A DNA stretch of 64,000 nucleotides, taken from assembly GCA_041690295.1 (NCBI GenBank), contig JAWLHR010000003.1, positions 158,305 through 222,304 of the forward strand, written 5' to 3'. A program made the translations under genes and the position numbers. This DNA comes from Bdellovibrionales bacterium. Lineage in GTDB: Bacteria > Bdellovibrionota > Bdellovibrionia > Bdellovibrionales > UBA1609. The notes under the pieces are model-generated. The model was not told the origin of the DNA, did not search any database, and saw only the letters and a list, made by a program, of their open reading frames with translations. Positions 19,320-28,644 of the stretch are shown here, one piece after another; the stretch's first letter is position 1; every line of letters begins with the position of its first letter.

Positions 19320-20690
19320 ATGGCAAAAACACTTGGGCAGGAATTGAAAGACGCGAACGAAGTCCGTTCGTTGCTGGATCAATTGGTTGAGCAGGCTCTG
19401 GTGTATAGCCAGCGCATTAAAGGGGTTAAGCCGGCGGATCCCGAATTGTCGGCGGGCTATCAAGACACCGTGCGTGCGATTGGAGAGGTTCGCAGCCGCC
19501 CCCTTTATTACGATTACGTCGGATCGGGCGTCGGGCGCGGTCCCTACGTTGAACTCGCCGACGGCAGCGTGAAACTGGATCTCATTAACGGAATCGGAAT
19601 TCACCTTTTTGGGCATTCTCATCCGCGGTTGATAAGAGCGACTTTGAAAGGCGCGCTCGCCGACATTGTTTACCAGGGAAATCTCCAACCCAATCAGGAA
19701 TATCTTGAATATAGCCGCAAGCTCAAAGAACTGGCATCGCGCAACAGCCGCCTGAAGTACGTTTGGCTTTCCACCTGCGGCACGATGTCCAATGAAAACG
19801 CCTTGAAAATGTCCCGTCAAAAAACCAAGGGGCGGATGATCCTTACCTTCCGGAACGCGTTCGCCGGCCGATCCACGATGATGACGGAGATCACCGACAA
19901 CCCCGCGTTCAAAGTGGACATGCCGGATTACAACGAGGTGTTGCGGTTGCCGTTTTATGATCCCAAAGCGCCGGCCGACCACACCTTGAACGCCTTGAAG
20001 GAACATGTGGCCAAACACGGAAAAAACATTTGCTGCTTTGTTTTTGAACCGATGTTGGGAGAAGGCGGTTACCGCGCGGCGAACCGGGAGTTTTTCATTC
20101 CCCTTTTGGAATTTTGCCGCGAACACAAAATCCCCGTGTGGGCGGATGAAATTCAGACCTTCACGCGAACCGGACAATTCTTCGCCTTTGAAACTTACGG
20201 CATCGGTGAATACATCGATCTTTGCACGATCGCGAAAGTTGGGCAGAACGGCGCGACCCTTTTCACTGAGGAAATGAAACCGGACCCCGGTCTTCTCGGT
20301 GGAACTTTCTCTGGATCCACTCCGGCGCTGAGCGCGGGTCTCGAAATTTTCAAGATGCTCGAAGAAGACGGATACATGGGCCCCAATGGAAAGATCATGG
20401 GCATCCATCGCGAATTCGTGGGCATGCTCAACGAGCTGAACGAAACGACTTGTAAAGGTCTGTTGCGAGAAGCCGGGGGGCTCGGGCTCATGGTGGCGGT
20501 GACCCCCCTTGATGGTTCCAAAGAAAAGCAGGGCGCGCTGCTGAAAACCTTGTTTAAAAACGGTCTGATTTGCTTCGGCTGCGGCAGTAATCCCTGGCGC
20601 ATCCGGTTCTTGCTTCCGGCGGTGATGACTTCCGCTGATATCGCGGTCGCCCGCGGGATCATCGAGAAGTCGGTTTTGGAGCTGGCTTGA
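19320..20690 (+). CDS. Class III aminotransferase (succinylornithine/acetylornithine transaminase-like)
   Basis: GHSHP, ENALK, EPMLGEGG, ADEIQT, PLP lysine in IAK and GGTF. Adjacent to astA/astD. Confidence 0.85.
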   Translation: MAKTLGQELKDANEVRSLLDQLVEQALVYSQRIKGVKPADPELSAGYQDTVRAIGEVRSRPLYYDYVGSGVGRGPYVELADGSVKLDLINGIGIHLFGHSHPRLIRATLKGALADIVYQGNLQPNQEYLEYSRKLKELASRNSRLKYVWLSTCGTMSNENALKMSRQKTKGRMILTFRNAFAGRSTMMTEITDNPAFKVDMPDYNEVLRLPFYDPKAPADHTLNALKEHVAKHGKNICCFVFEPMLGEGGYRAANREFFIPLLEFCREHKIPVWADEIQTFTRTGQFFAFETYGIGEYIDLCTIAKVGQNGATLFTEEMKPDPGLLGGTFSGSTPALSAGLEIFKMLEEDGYMGPNGKIMGIHREFVGMLNELNETTCKGLLREAGGLGLMVAVTPLDGSKEKQGALLKTLFKNGLICFGCGSNPWRIRFLLPAVMTSADIAVARGIIEKSVLELA

Positions 20691-22033
20691 AGTTTCTCGA
20701 CCATTGCCGCCAGTTTGTCGGGCTGGATTCGACGCCCGGCCATGGGAATTTGGCGGTGGCCGAATTCGCGGCGGATCTCTGTCGCGAAGCCGGTCTGCAT
20801 GTGGAGCTGCAACAGGAAGCGGTCGCGGGGATTGATGAATGTAATCTCATCGCCCGTCCCGCGCCCGCGCGTCCCGAGAGGGAATTGCTTTTGCAAACCC
20901 ATCTCGACACTGTGGACGCCGGCCATTTCAGTCAATGGACGAAAACCCAATTCAATCCTTTCAACGCCAGCATTTACAACGACGTGATTTACGGTTTGGG
21001 AACCGCGGACGTTAAGCTGGACTTTCTCTGCAAGCTGGAAGCGGTTAAAGCCCTCGCTGGTAAGAATTTGAAACTTCCGTTTGTTCTCGTGGGGACGTTC
21101 GGCGGCTCCCAGAGCGCGATGAGCGGCGCCATTAAACTCATTCGCAAAAAGAAGATCAGCGCGGTTTACGCTATGATCGGAGAGCCGACCGCGATGCGAA
21201 TGGCGACGGCGGGCACCGGTTTGGCCGTCGTGGAAATTTCCATTCCGTTTTCGCCCGAAGAACAAGCTTACCGGCGCGATCACGATCTTCTTGAGTCCAC
21301 CACCACACAAAGCCGGATATTCCGCGGAAAAGCGGCGCACTCGTCGAACCCCGTAATGGGTGAAAACGCGATCATGAAAATGCTCGAGTATTTGGCGCAA
21401 TTGCCCGAAGGCATCGCGGTCATGGATTTAAACGGCGGCGTCAGTTTGAACTCGGTTCCTTCGGACGCGGTTTTGGAAATCGATTTGGTGGCGGGCTTCA
21501 GGGATCCGATCTTGCCTAAAATCTCGCGCATCTACTCCGCGCTTCTTGAATTGCAGCGCGATCTGCAAGAGGTGAAAGAGGAAGGGTTTTCACCGCCTTA
21601 CTCCACGATCAACATCGGTCGTATTCGCACCGATCAGGATGGAGTGGTGTTAAGCGGAAGTTGTCGGCTGTTGCCTCGGGTGACCGATGAAATCTACGAG
21701 GAATGGATTCAGAAGCTGGCCCGTGCGATTCAAAACGAAGGCGCAACATTTCGCGTCAAAGATTATCGCCGTGGCTTCAGCGCGGCCGTTGACACACAGT
21801 TCGTGAAAACCACACAGGCGGTATTGGCGGAGATGGGTTTGAACCCAGAGCCGTGTAAATTGGCGCAATCGACGGAAGCGAACGTTTTCAGCCGTTTGGG
21901 CATTGAATGTTTGGTCTGGGGCCCGGGGCAAAGTGTCGGCAATTCACACGCACCCAATGAATGTATAAAATTATCTGATTTACGAATGGCGATCGATTTC
22001 TATACGCGATTGCTTGAAAGGCTTTGCTTGTGA
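20687..22033 (+). CDS. M20 family metallo-hydrolase (ArgE/DapE-like)
   Basis: HLDTV, GTADVK, GEPT, GKAAHSS and SHAPNE motifs. The EE pair is missing. Confidence 0.85.
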   Translation: MKFLDHCRQFVGLDSTPGHGNLAVAEFAADLCREAGLHVELQQEAVAGIDECNLIARPAPARPERELLLQTHLDTVDAGHFSQWTKTQFNPFNASIYNDVIYGLGTADVKLDFLCKLEAVKALAGKNLKLPFVLVGTFGGSQSAMSGAIKLIRKKKISAVYAMIGEPTAMRMATAGTGLAVVEISIPFSPEEQAYRRDHDLLESTTTQSRIFRGKAAHSSNPVMGENAIMKMLEYLAQLPEGIAVMDLNGGVSLNSVPSDAVLEIDLVAGFRDPILPKISRIYSALLELQRDLQEVKEEGFSPPYSTINIGRIRTDQDGVVLSGSCRLLPRVTDEIYEEWIQKLARAIQNEGATFRVKDYRRGFSAAVDTQFVKTTQAVLAEMGLNPEPCKLAQSTEANVFSRLGIECLVWGPGQSVGNSHAPNECIKLSDLRMAIDFYTRLLERLCL

Positions 22034-23061
22034 GTTTCATAGTTCGCGCGGTTCAGCGTGAAGATGCCCAGCAGCTTCTTGAGTTAGCCCGGCAGTTCAC
22101 GCTGCTCAATCTGCCCGCCGAAAAAAGAGTGATCGAGAACAAGATCGAAAAGAGCCTTGCGGCCTTCGCCGGTGAGCTGAGCAAAGCGGACGCCGAATAC
22201 ATGTTCGTGGTGGAAGACGTCGAAGCCAACATGGTGGTCGGCAGCTCCCTGATTCTGGCGAAGAACGGCAGCCCGAATTCTCCCAATTTCAGTTACAAGA
22301 TTTTGAAAAAAGAACGATTCAGCCGCGAATTGGGAATCGGCTTCATTCATCAGGTGTTAAGACTGAACGCCAATATCGACGGTCCGACGGAAGTGGGCGG
22401 ACTCGTCGTGGATCGCGCCTATCGCCGGCGGCCCGAAAAAATCGGCCGCCTCATCAGTTTAAGCCGATTCCTTTACATCGGCATGGAACCCGAGCGCTTC
22501 GAAGATGAGTTGCACGCGGAAATGGCGCCGCCTCTGACGGAAGAAGGTCGCAGTGAATTTTGGGAGGCGCTCGGCCGGCGCTTCACGGGCATGCCTTACA
22601 CCGAGGCCGATCAAATCAGCAGTCAGAACAACGGCTTCATCCAAAGTTTATTTCCCGAAGAAGACATTTATCTCACATTATTGGATTCGCGCGCCCGGCT
22701 TGTCCTGGGACGAGTGGCGGACGAAACCCAACCCGCGCTGCATCTGTTGAACCGGATCGGCTTTCGCTACAAAGACGAGGTGGATCCGTTCGACGGTGGT
22801 CCGCATTTGGGCTGCGCCACCAAAGATTGTCTTTTGATTAAAAATTTAAAGAAGTACGTTTTGAAGCCGCATAGCTCAGGCCAATTCACGCATACAGGTT
22901 TGATCGGACTCTTGCGCGATGGCAGCTATTTAGGCGCGTCCAGTTCGTATCGGCTTGAAGATGACGGCGTCGTTTTACCTGAAAAAACGTGGGCGCTGTT
23001 GAATTTAAGTGCCGGCGAAGAAATCTACATTTCACCGATCATGGGAGCGAATGACCTATGA
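22030..23061 (+). CDS. astA: Arginine N-succinyltransferase
   Basis: LLNLP, SLSRFLYI, SEFWEALGRRFTGMPY and VDPFDGGP motifs. GTGA coupling with the upstream gene. Confidence 0.9.
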   Translation: MSFIVRAVQREDAQQLLELARQFTLLNLPAEKRVIENKIEKSLAAFAGELSKADAEYMFVVEDVEANMVVGSSLILAKNGSPNSPNFSYKILKKERFSRELGIGFIHQVLRLNANIDGPTEVGGLVVDRAYRRRPEKIGRLISLSRFLYIGMEPERFEDELHAEMAPPLTEEGRSEFWEALGRRFTGMPYTEADQISSQNNGFIQSLFPEEDIYLTLLDSRARLVLGRVADETQPALHLLNRIGFRYKDEVDPFDGGPHLGCATKDCLLIKNLKKYVLKPHSSGQFTHTGLIGLLRDGSYLGASSSYRLEDDGVVLPEKTWALLNLSAGEEIYISPIMGANDL

Positions 23062-24575
23062 GCAAAGAAAAACAGTTACAGTATGCCGGCGATTTTATTG
23101 GGGGCAAATTCGTCGTGCCGGAGAGCCCGGACGAATCCTGGGAAATCGCTTCGCCCGCCAATTTGAAGGACATCGTGTTTCGGGCCCAGGGAAAATATGA
23201 TCACGTAGACCGCGCGGTGCAAGCGGCGCGCGCGGCCTATTTGCCGTGGGCGCACTTGGGATTGGAAAAGCGAAAAGAACATTTGCTGCGGCTCAAGGAA
23301 GTTTTCCTGGCCGGTGCCGCGGAAGTCACGGAAATCATCGCTCGCGAAACCGGAAAACCGTTGTGGGAAGCGAAAACCGAGGCGGCGGCACTGGCGAGCA
23401 AAATCGACATAACACTCAACTTCTCAATGAAACTCGTCGACGAAGAGGTGGTTCCCAACGCGCTCCCCGGGGTGAACGGATATATCCGTTACAAGCCCCG
23501 AGGCGTGATGAGCGTGATCGGCCCATTCAACTTTCCCGCTCATTTGCCGAACGGACACATCATTCCGGCGCTGGCCACTGGGAATACGGTCGTCTTCAAG
23601 CCTTCGGATAAAACACCCGCGACCGGCCAGTGGATGGCGGAAGCCTTCGCCAAGGCCCAGTTCCCGCCTGGAGTGTTCAATTTGGTGCAGGGTCAGGCCG
23701 AAGTGGGTAAACGATTGGTCAACCATGAGTCCGTGGATGCCGTGTTATTCACGGGTTCTTATGAAGTCGGACTGAAAATCAAGCAGGACACGGTTTCCCA
23801 ATACTGGAAACTTTTGGCGCTGGAAATGGGCGGCAAGAACGCCACTGTTGTGTGGGAAGATGCCGACATCAAGAAAGCCGTGTACGAAACACTGATCGGT
23901 GCGTTCATGACCGCCGGCCAGCGATGCTCCTGCACCAGCCGGGTTATTTTACATCGCAAAATCCGCGATCAATTCGTTGATGAATTTTACGCCAACGCGA
24001 AGAAAATCAAAATTGGGCACTTTCGCGACGACGTGTTCATGGGGCCGCTGATCAGCTCGGATTCACTTGAGAAATTTCTGCGTTATCAGGAAATCGCCAA
24101 ACGTGAAGGCGCCGAAAGCCTCATGCGAGGAAAAGCTCTGAGTCTTGATTATGACGGCTACTACGTCACCCCGAGCATTAACTTGGTCCACAAATTCGAT
24201 CCCACGTCGGTTTATCAAAAAAGTGAAATCTTCGGGCCCAACGTGGCGATCTTCACGGTGGATGACTTTGACGAGGCTTTGACCATCAATAACGCTTCGA
24301 ACTTTGGTCTGGTTATGTCGCTCTTCACGAAGAATCGCGCGCTGTACGAAAAAGCGTTGATCGAAGCCCAGGTGGGAGTGTTGAATTTAAATCGGACCAC
24401 CAACGGCGCCAGTTCGAAACTGCCGTTCGGCGGAATGAACAAGTCGGGTAATGATCGCCCGTCAGGTCATTTCGCGGTGAAGTACACGACGGTGCCGGTG
24501 GCCAGCCTGGAAGATGAACCCACGTTCCAGAACGTGCAGATGCCTCCGGGCTTGAACTTCGAATATAAGGGTTGA
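23058..24575 (+). CDS. astD: Succinylglutamate-semialdehyde dehydrogenase
   Basis: ETGKPLWEAKTE, GPFNFPAHLPNGH, LALEMGGKN, AGQRCSC and NGASSKLPFGG...SGNDRP motifs. Confidence 0.88.
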   Translation: MSKEKQLQYAGDFIGGKFVVPESPDESWEIASPANLKDIVFRAQGKYDHVDRAVQAARAAYLPWAHLGLEKRKEHLLRLKEVFLAGAAEVTEIIARETGKPLWEAKTEAAALASKIDITLNFSMKLVDEEVVPNALPGVNGYIRYKPRGVMSVIGPFNFPAHLPNGHIIPALATGNTVVFKPSDKTPATGQWMAEAFAKAQFPPGVFNLVQGQAEVGKRLVNHESVDAVLFTGSYEVGLKIKQDTVSQYWKLLALEMGGKNATVVWEDADIKKAVYETLIGAFMTAGQRCSCTSRVILHRKIRDQFVDEFYANAKKIKIGHFRDDVFMGPLISSDSLEKFLRYQEIAKREGAESLMRGKALSLDYDGYYVTPSINLVHKFDPTSVYQKSEIFGPNVAIFTVDDFDEALTINNASNFGLVMSLFTKNRALYEKALIEAQVGVLNLNRTTNGASSKLPFGGMNKSGNDRPSGHFAVKYTTVPVASLEDEPTFQNVQMPPGLNFEYKG

Positions 24576-24578
24576 GAT

Positions 24579-25646
24579 TTGACTCGTATCATTACCCTTC
24601 TTTTGGCGCTCTTGGTTGGCTACCTGGGTTTTGAAGTTTTTCGATTCACTTCGGCGGGTCCCGGTAGCGCTGAAGAAAAAATCGTATTTGAGATTCCCGC
24701 GGGACGCTCATTTCGCCAGGTGGCTGAGGACCTTCAGAACAAAGGCGTTATCTTAAGCGCCTTCAAAATGCGAGTGATCGCGCGGTTGACCGGATTGGAT
24801 GCCAAAGTCAAACGGGGCGAATACGCTTTACACCGAGCCATGACACCGCAAGAGGTGTTGAGCGTGCTGATTTCCGGAAAAAGCATTCAGTATCCGATCA
24901 CTTTTCCCGAGGGCAGCAACATTTTTGAAATGGCCGCATTGCTAGAGTCCAAGGGCTTCTTCAAGGCGGACGACTTTATCAAAGCTTGCAAAAACAAAGA
25001 GATCATCCGTGAGCTTTTGGGCGTGGAGGTTTCATCGCTTGAAGGTTACCTCTTTCCCGAAACCTACCAACTCACCAAGTTCACGACCATCAAGGAGTTG
25101 CTCACCAGTATGGTGAACAATTTTAAAACCGTTTATTCCATGGTGGAGAATCAGTTTCCGCCCCAAGGTCAAAACCGGTTGGCCCGTCATGAACTTGTTA
25201 CCCTGGCGAGCATTGTTGAAAAAGAAACGGGCGCGCCTGAAGAGCGCTCAATGATCGCTTCGGTGTTCTACAATCGCCTGCAAAAGAACATGCGTTTGCA
25301 AAGTGATCCCACGATTATCTACGGCATCTGGGACGAGACCGGCAGATATATAAAGAACATCACCAAAGAGGATATCGAGCGGCCGACCCGCTATAATACC
25401 TATACGGTTCCCAGGCTCCCGTTTGGACCAATCGCGAACCCCGGGCGAGAGGCGTTTGAAGCGGTCATGAACCCCGCCCAGACGGATTACCTCTATTTTG
25501 TCAGTCGCAATGACGGAACCCATGTCTTTTCGCGGACTTATGAAGACCATCTAAAAGCGGTCAGGACCTTTCAGCTGGACCCTCGCGCCCGCGCCGGCAA
25601 AAGTTGGCGGGATCTTCACCAGCGCAAGGAAGCCTCTCAGCGATAA
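24579..25646 (+). CDS. mltG: Endolytic transglycosylase MltG
   Basis: LEGYLFPETY, LASIVEKET, LQSDPT, YNTY and YLYFV motifs. Confidence 0.95.
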   Translation: MTRIITLLLALLVGYLGFEVFRFTSAGPGSAEEKIVFEIPAGRSFRQVAEDLQNKGVILSAFKMRVIARLTGLDAKVKRGEYALHRAMTPQEVLSVLISGKSIQYPITFPEGSNIFEMAALLESKGFFKADDFIKACKNKEIIRELLGVEVSSLEGYLFPETYQLTKFTTIKELLTSMVNNFKTVYSMVENQFPPQGQNRLARHELVTLASIVEKETGAPEERSMIASVFYNRLQKNMRLQSDPTIIYGIWDETGRYIKNITKEDIERPTRYNTYTVPRLPFGPIANPGREAFEAVMNPAQTDYLYFVSRNDGTHVFSRTYEDHLKAVRTFQLDPRARAGKSWRDLHQRKEASQR

Positions 25647-25759
25647 CTCAGTGCATTAATTCGCTAAATTACACGGTGCATAAAATTCTTATGGAATAAA
25701 CAAAAGAAATATGATCTTTTGCGGCTTTCGTTCACTGCGGTAAAGAGGCGGAGGCTGGG

Positions 25760-26908
25760 TTGATTTTTTTCTGGTTAGCACTCTCATTAAATCTATTTGC
25801 TTCTCAGAGTCACGTCTCGGTTCAACCCCAAACCTGCGAACAATTCCTCGAGCTTAATGAATGGGTTCTCAATCGCCGGAAGATTATCAACGGCTTTGAT
25901 AATTTTCAGATCCTGCCTGAAGTCGGGGCTCGGGGTGTGAGGTTGTATCGAGGAGGCAAGGAATCCGCCTGGCGGTATTCGTGGCGGCGAATCCCACTCC
26001 GGGACAACTTCCGCGCCAAAGCCGGTGTCGAGGTTTGGTATGCGAACGGGCAATCCTTTCAGTTCATTGATGTCGGTTTTAAAAATTTTGAGCCCGACTG
26101 GTTCGTGCAAAATGCGATCGTCGCCGATCACATGATCCTCAATCCTAACGAAAATCTGTACATAAAATATGGGCCTCATCGGCGAGATGCCGAGTTGACT
26201 TTTCGCCATTATCGATGGGCTTTTCACGGTCATGTGGTCGAAAGATACGCCAACGTCAAAAAATATCTGACACCTCAAGATCTTTATATGCTCCAGTTCA
26301 GCAACATCGGATCAACCAACATCGATGTCTTTGGTTTGATTGCCCACGATGAAACTCTGCCGCCGGGCACGTTGCTAACAAAGGACGAAATCCGGGACCG
26401 ACTGAAGGTCACCATCCAGATCAGCTATTACGGGGAGTTCAATTTTTTTCATCCGACAATGATTGGAGCCTTGATCGCGAAAGGAATTAAAGTTCGGCAG
26501 CGCGTGTTTCGATTGCCGTTTGAAAAGCGCCTGGATCCCGATGTGGCGCTGGCCTACCGCCGCCGTTTTTACCAGAGTTTCAAGCCTGAAACGACATGTG
26601 AGTTCACCCGACTCGCAAAATTCGCGAATGACGTGCCTCGGCCGGTATTCGATCGTTTTATCTTGCGGGCAATGACCACCGCTGATCGTCGCGGCATGAA
26701 AACGATTGTCGCCTCGGGTGATGAGTACACGACCCGGTTGTTTCATCGTTACGGGTTTAAAACTTACGCGCCCCTGCCAACGAACTCAGGTGTGAATGAG
26801 TATTTGAGTTATCTGGAAATCGGCAGTCCTGAGTACTGGGAAGTTTATGAACGACTGTTGGATTCCGCATTGAAAGTGATCGTGAGGACGAATTGGAAGA
26901 GAAAATGA
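25760..26908 (+). CDS. Hypothetical exported protein with possible C-terminal GNAT-like segment
   Basis: Signal-like N-terminus and CEFTRLA...RLFHRYGFK. ATGA-coupled to the downstream kinase. Confidence 0.6.
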   Translation: MIFFWLALSLNLFASQSHVSVQPQTCEQFLELNEWVLNRRKIINGFDNFQILPEVGARGVRLYRGGKESAWRYSWRRIPLRDNFRAKAGVEVWYANGQSFQFIDVGFKNFEPDWFVQNAIVADHMILNPNENLYIKYGPHRRDAELTFRHYRWAFHGHVVERYANVKKYLTPQDLYMLQFSNIGSTNIDVFGLIAHDETLPPGTLLTKDEIRDRLKVTIQISYYGEFNFFHPTMIGALIAKGIKVRQRVFRLPFEKRLDPDVALAYRRRFYQSFKPETTCEFTRLAKFANDVPRPVFDRFILRAMTTADRRGMKTIVASGDEYTTRLFHRYGFKTYAPLPTNSGVNEYLSYLEIGSPEYWEVYERLLDSALKVIVRTNWKRK

Positions 26909-28644
26909 AGTGGTTAAGCCGTTTACGGGAATATTTTTGTGGTTCAGTTCACAATGAGCTCATCCGCTATCAACATCGGGCTGAACAATTGCAGCGGATC
27001 GCCCGGGCGCTCGCCGAATCAGTCTCCTTGGAGAAAATGGCTGAAATCGTGGCCAATGAATGTAAACTCGCGCTCAATGCGGACGCCGTTTGCGTTTACA
27101 TGCTTCGCAAGGACGGCGTTTACGAGATGATCTCCGAATTGAACTGCACCGATGAGTTCAAGACCAAGTGGCGCCTTGTTCCCAAATCCATGGTTCCGCT
27201 GCCGAATCCCACGCAAGATCCGGAGTCTTACTTTTATGGCTCGACCGAGCAATTCAAGTCTGAAATTCCCAATGTGGGCGAGGTTGTGGAAAAGTCCAAG
27301 CGACAGACCGTCGGCTATGCGCCTTTGATCGTCAGCCGGGAAGTTTTGGGCCTTATTGGGTATTCGTACAATTCCGTTCCCAAGGAATCGACCGACAAAA
27401 CATTTTTAATCACGCTGGTGAATCTTTGCGCCCAGGCCCTTGAACGGGCCCGTTTGAGTGAGCAGGAGAAGCGCGCGCAGGAAGCCGCTGATAACGCGAA
27501 TCAGGCCAAGTCGAAGTTTCTCGCCTCCATTTCCCATGAAATCCGAACGCCGTTGGCGGTGATTCAGGGGTTCGCCGATCTGCTCGCGGACTCCTACGGC
27601 CTCACTTCACAACAGCGTAGTTGGGCGAGCATCATACGCAAAAACTCGGCGCAGTTGGGTGGGATCGTCGGCAATGTTCTCGACATTTCACGGATTGAGG
27701 CGGGAAAGGTCGACGTCGAGAAAATCGCCTTTTCGCCCCGGGATCTTTTTGAAGATGTGAAAGCCACGGCCGAGTTCAAAGTGAAGACGAAGAAACAATC
27801 CCTTGCCGTTGAGTTCACTTGGCGGAACTTGCCCGAAATGATTGAATCCGATCCCACGCGACTGAAACAAATCCTGAATAATTTGGTTGGTAACGCGATC
27901 AAATTCACGCAATACGGTATGGTCAAGGTGGAGGCTGAATTCCGGGAACCGGACTTATTGGAATGCACTGTGACCGATACGGGGCTCGGCATCCCGCCAG
28001 AGAACCGCGAGCGGATATTTGATCCCTTCGAGCAGGGAGAAAGTTCCGGACATCGACGGTTCGGCGGCGCGGGATTGGGATTGGCGATTTCAAAACGTTT
28101 GGCCCAGGCTCTCGGTGGTGATCTGGTTCTTGTGGAGTCCGAACTGGGACGAGGATCGAAATTTCGCTTCTCCGTCAAATGCCAGCCTGTGACGGCTCGT
28201 GAGTTGATGCCCAACGTGCATTCCATTTTTCCCAAGAATGTGGCGACATCCCGGGAGCTAAGCGGTTTTAACGTGTTGGTGGTCGAGGACAATCCCGATA
28301 ACCAACAGCTCGTTTACCATCTTTTGGATCGGGCCGGAGCCCGCGTGGATCTGGCTTCGGACGGAGCCGAAGGCGTTAAAATGGCGCTCGCGGGGGATTA
28401 CGATGTCATCCTGATGGATATTCAAATGCCCGAAGTCGACGGCTTTCAAGCCGTGTCTTTCCTGCGGACGCAAGGCTATCGCAAAGCCATCGCCGCGTTG
28501 ACGGCGCATGCGCTTCAAAGCGAGAGGGATCAGGCCATGATTTTCGGCTTTGACGAGTATCTTACGAAACCCATCGACCGATTAACCTTGATTGATGTGA
28601 TTCAAAGGCTAAGAAACCAGAAAGAGCTAAAACTGCCCCACTAG
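26905..28644 (+). CDS. Hybrid histidine kinase (GAF-HisKA-HATPase-REC), cytoplasmic
   Basis: FLASISHEIRTPL, NLVGNAIKFT, DTGLGI, GAGLGL and receiver LMDIQMP...KP. Confidence 0.95.
   Translation: MKWLSRLREYFCGSVHNELIRYQHRAEQLQRIARALAESVSLEKMAEIVANECKLALNADAVCVYMLRKDGVYEMISELNCTDEFKTKWRLVPKSMVPLPNPTQDPESYFYGSTEQFKSEIPNVGEVVEKSKRQTVGYAPLIVSREVLGLIGYSYNSVPKESTDKTFLITLVNLCAQALERARLSEQEKRAQEAADNANQAKSKFLASISHEIRTPLAVIQGFADLLADSYGLTSQQRSWASIIRKNSAQLGGIVGNVLDISRIEAGKVDVEKIAFSPRDLFEDVKATAEFKVKTKKQSLAVEFTWRNLPEMIESDPTRLKQILNNLVGNAIKFTQYGMVKVEAEFREPDLLECTVTDTGLGIPPENRERIFDPFEQGESSGHRRFGGAGLGLAISKRLAQALGGDLVLVESELGRGSKFRFSVKCQPVTARELMPNVHSIFPKNVATSRELSGFNVLVVEDNPDNQQLVYHLLDRAGARVDLASDGAEGVKMALAGDYDVILMDIQMPEVDGFQAVSFLRTQGYRKAIAALTAHALQSERDQAMIFGFDEYLTKPIDRLTLIDVIQRLRNQKELKLPH

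Noticed and set aside
19260..20408. N-terminal ~380 aa of the 639-aa minus-strand ORF 18489..20408
   Set aside because: Antisense shadow of the aminotransferase. Only the part from 19259 looks like a protein.
20195..21400. 401-aa minus-strand ORF and the many other long antisense ORFs (e.g. 4271..5020, 40176..40988, 52463..53209)
   Set aside because: They lie opposite well-supported genes, have no motifs, and are expected from codon bias.
25672..25700. dif-like string ACGGTGCATAA-AATTC-TTATGGAATAA
   Set aside because: The spacer is 5 nt instead of 6 and the XerD-like arm matches poorly. It may just be part of an AT-rich promoter region.
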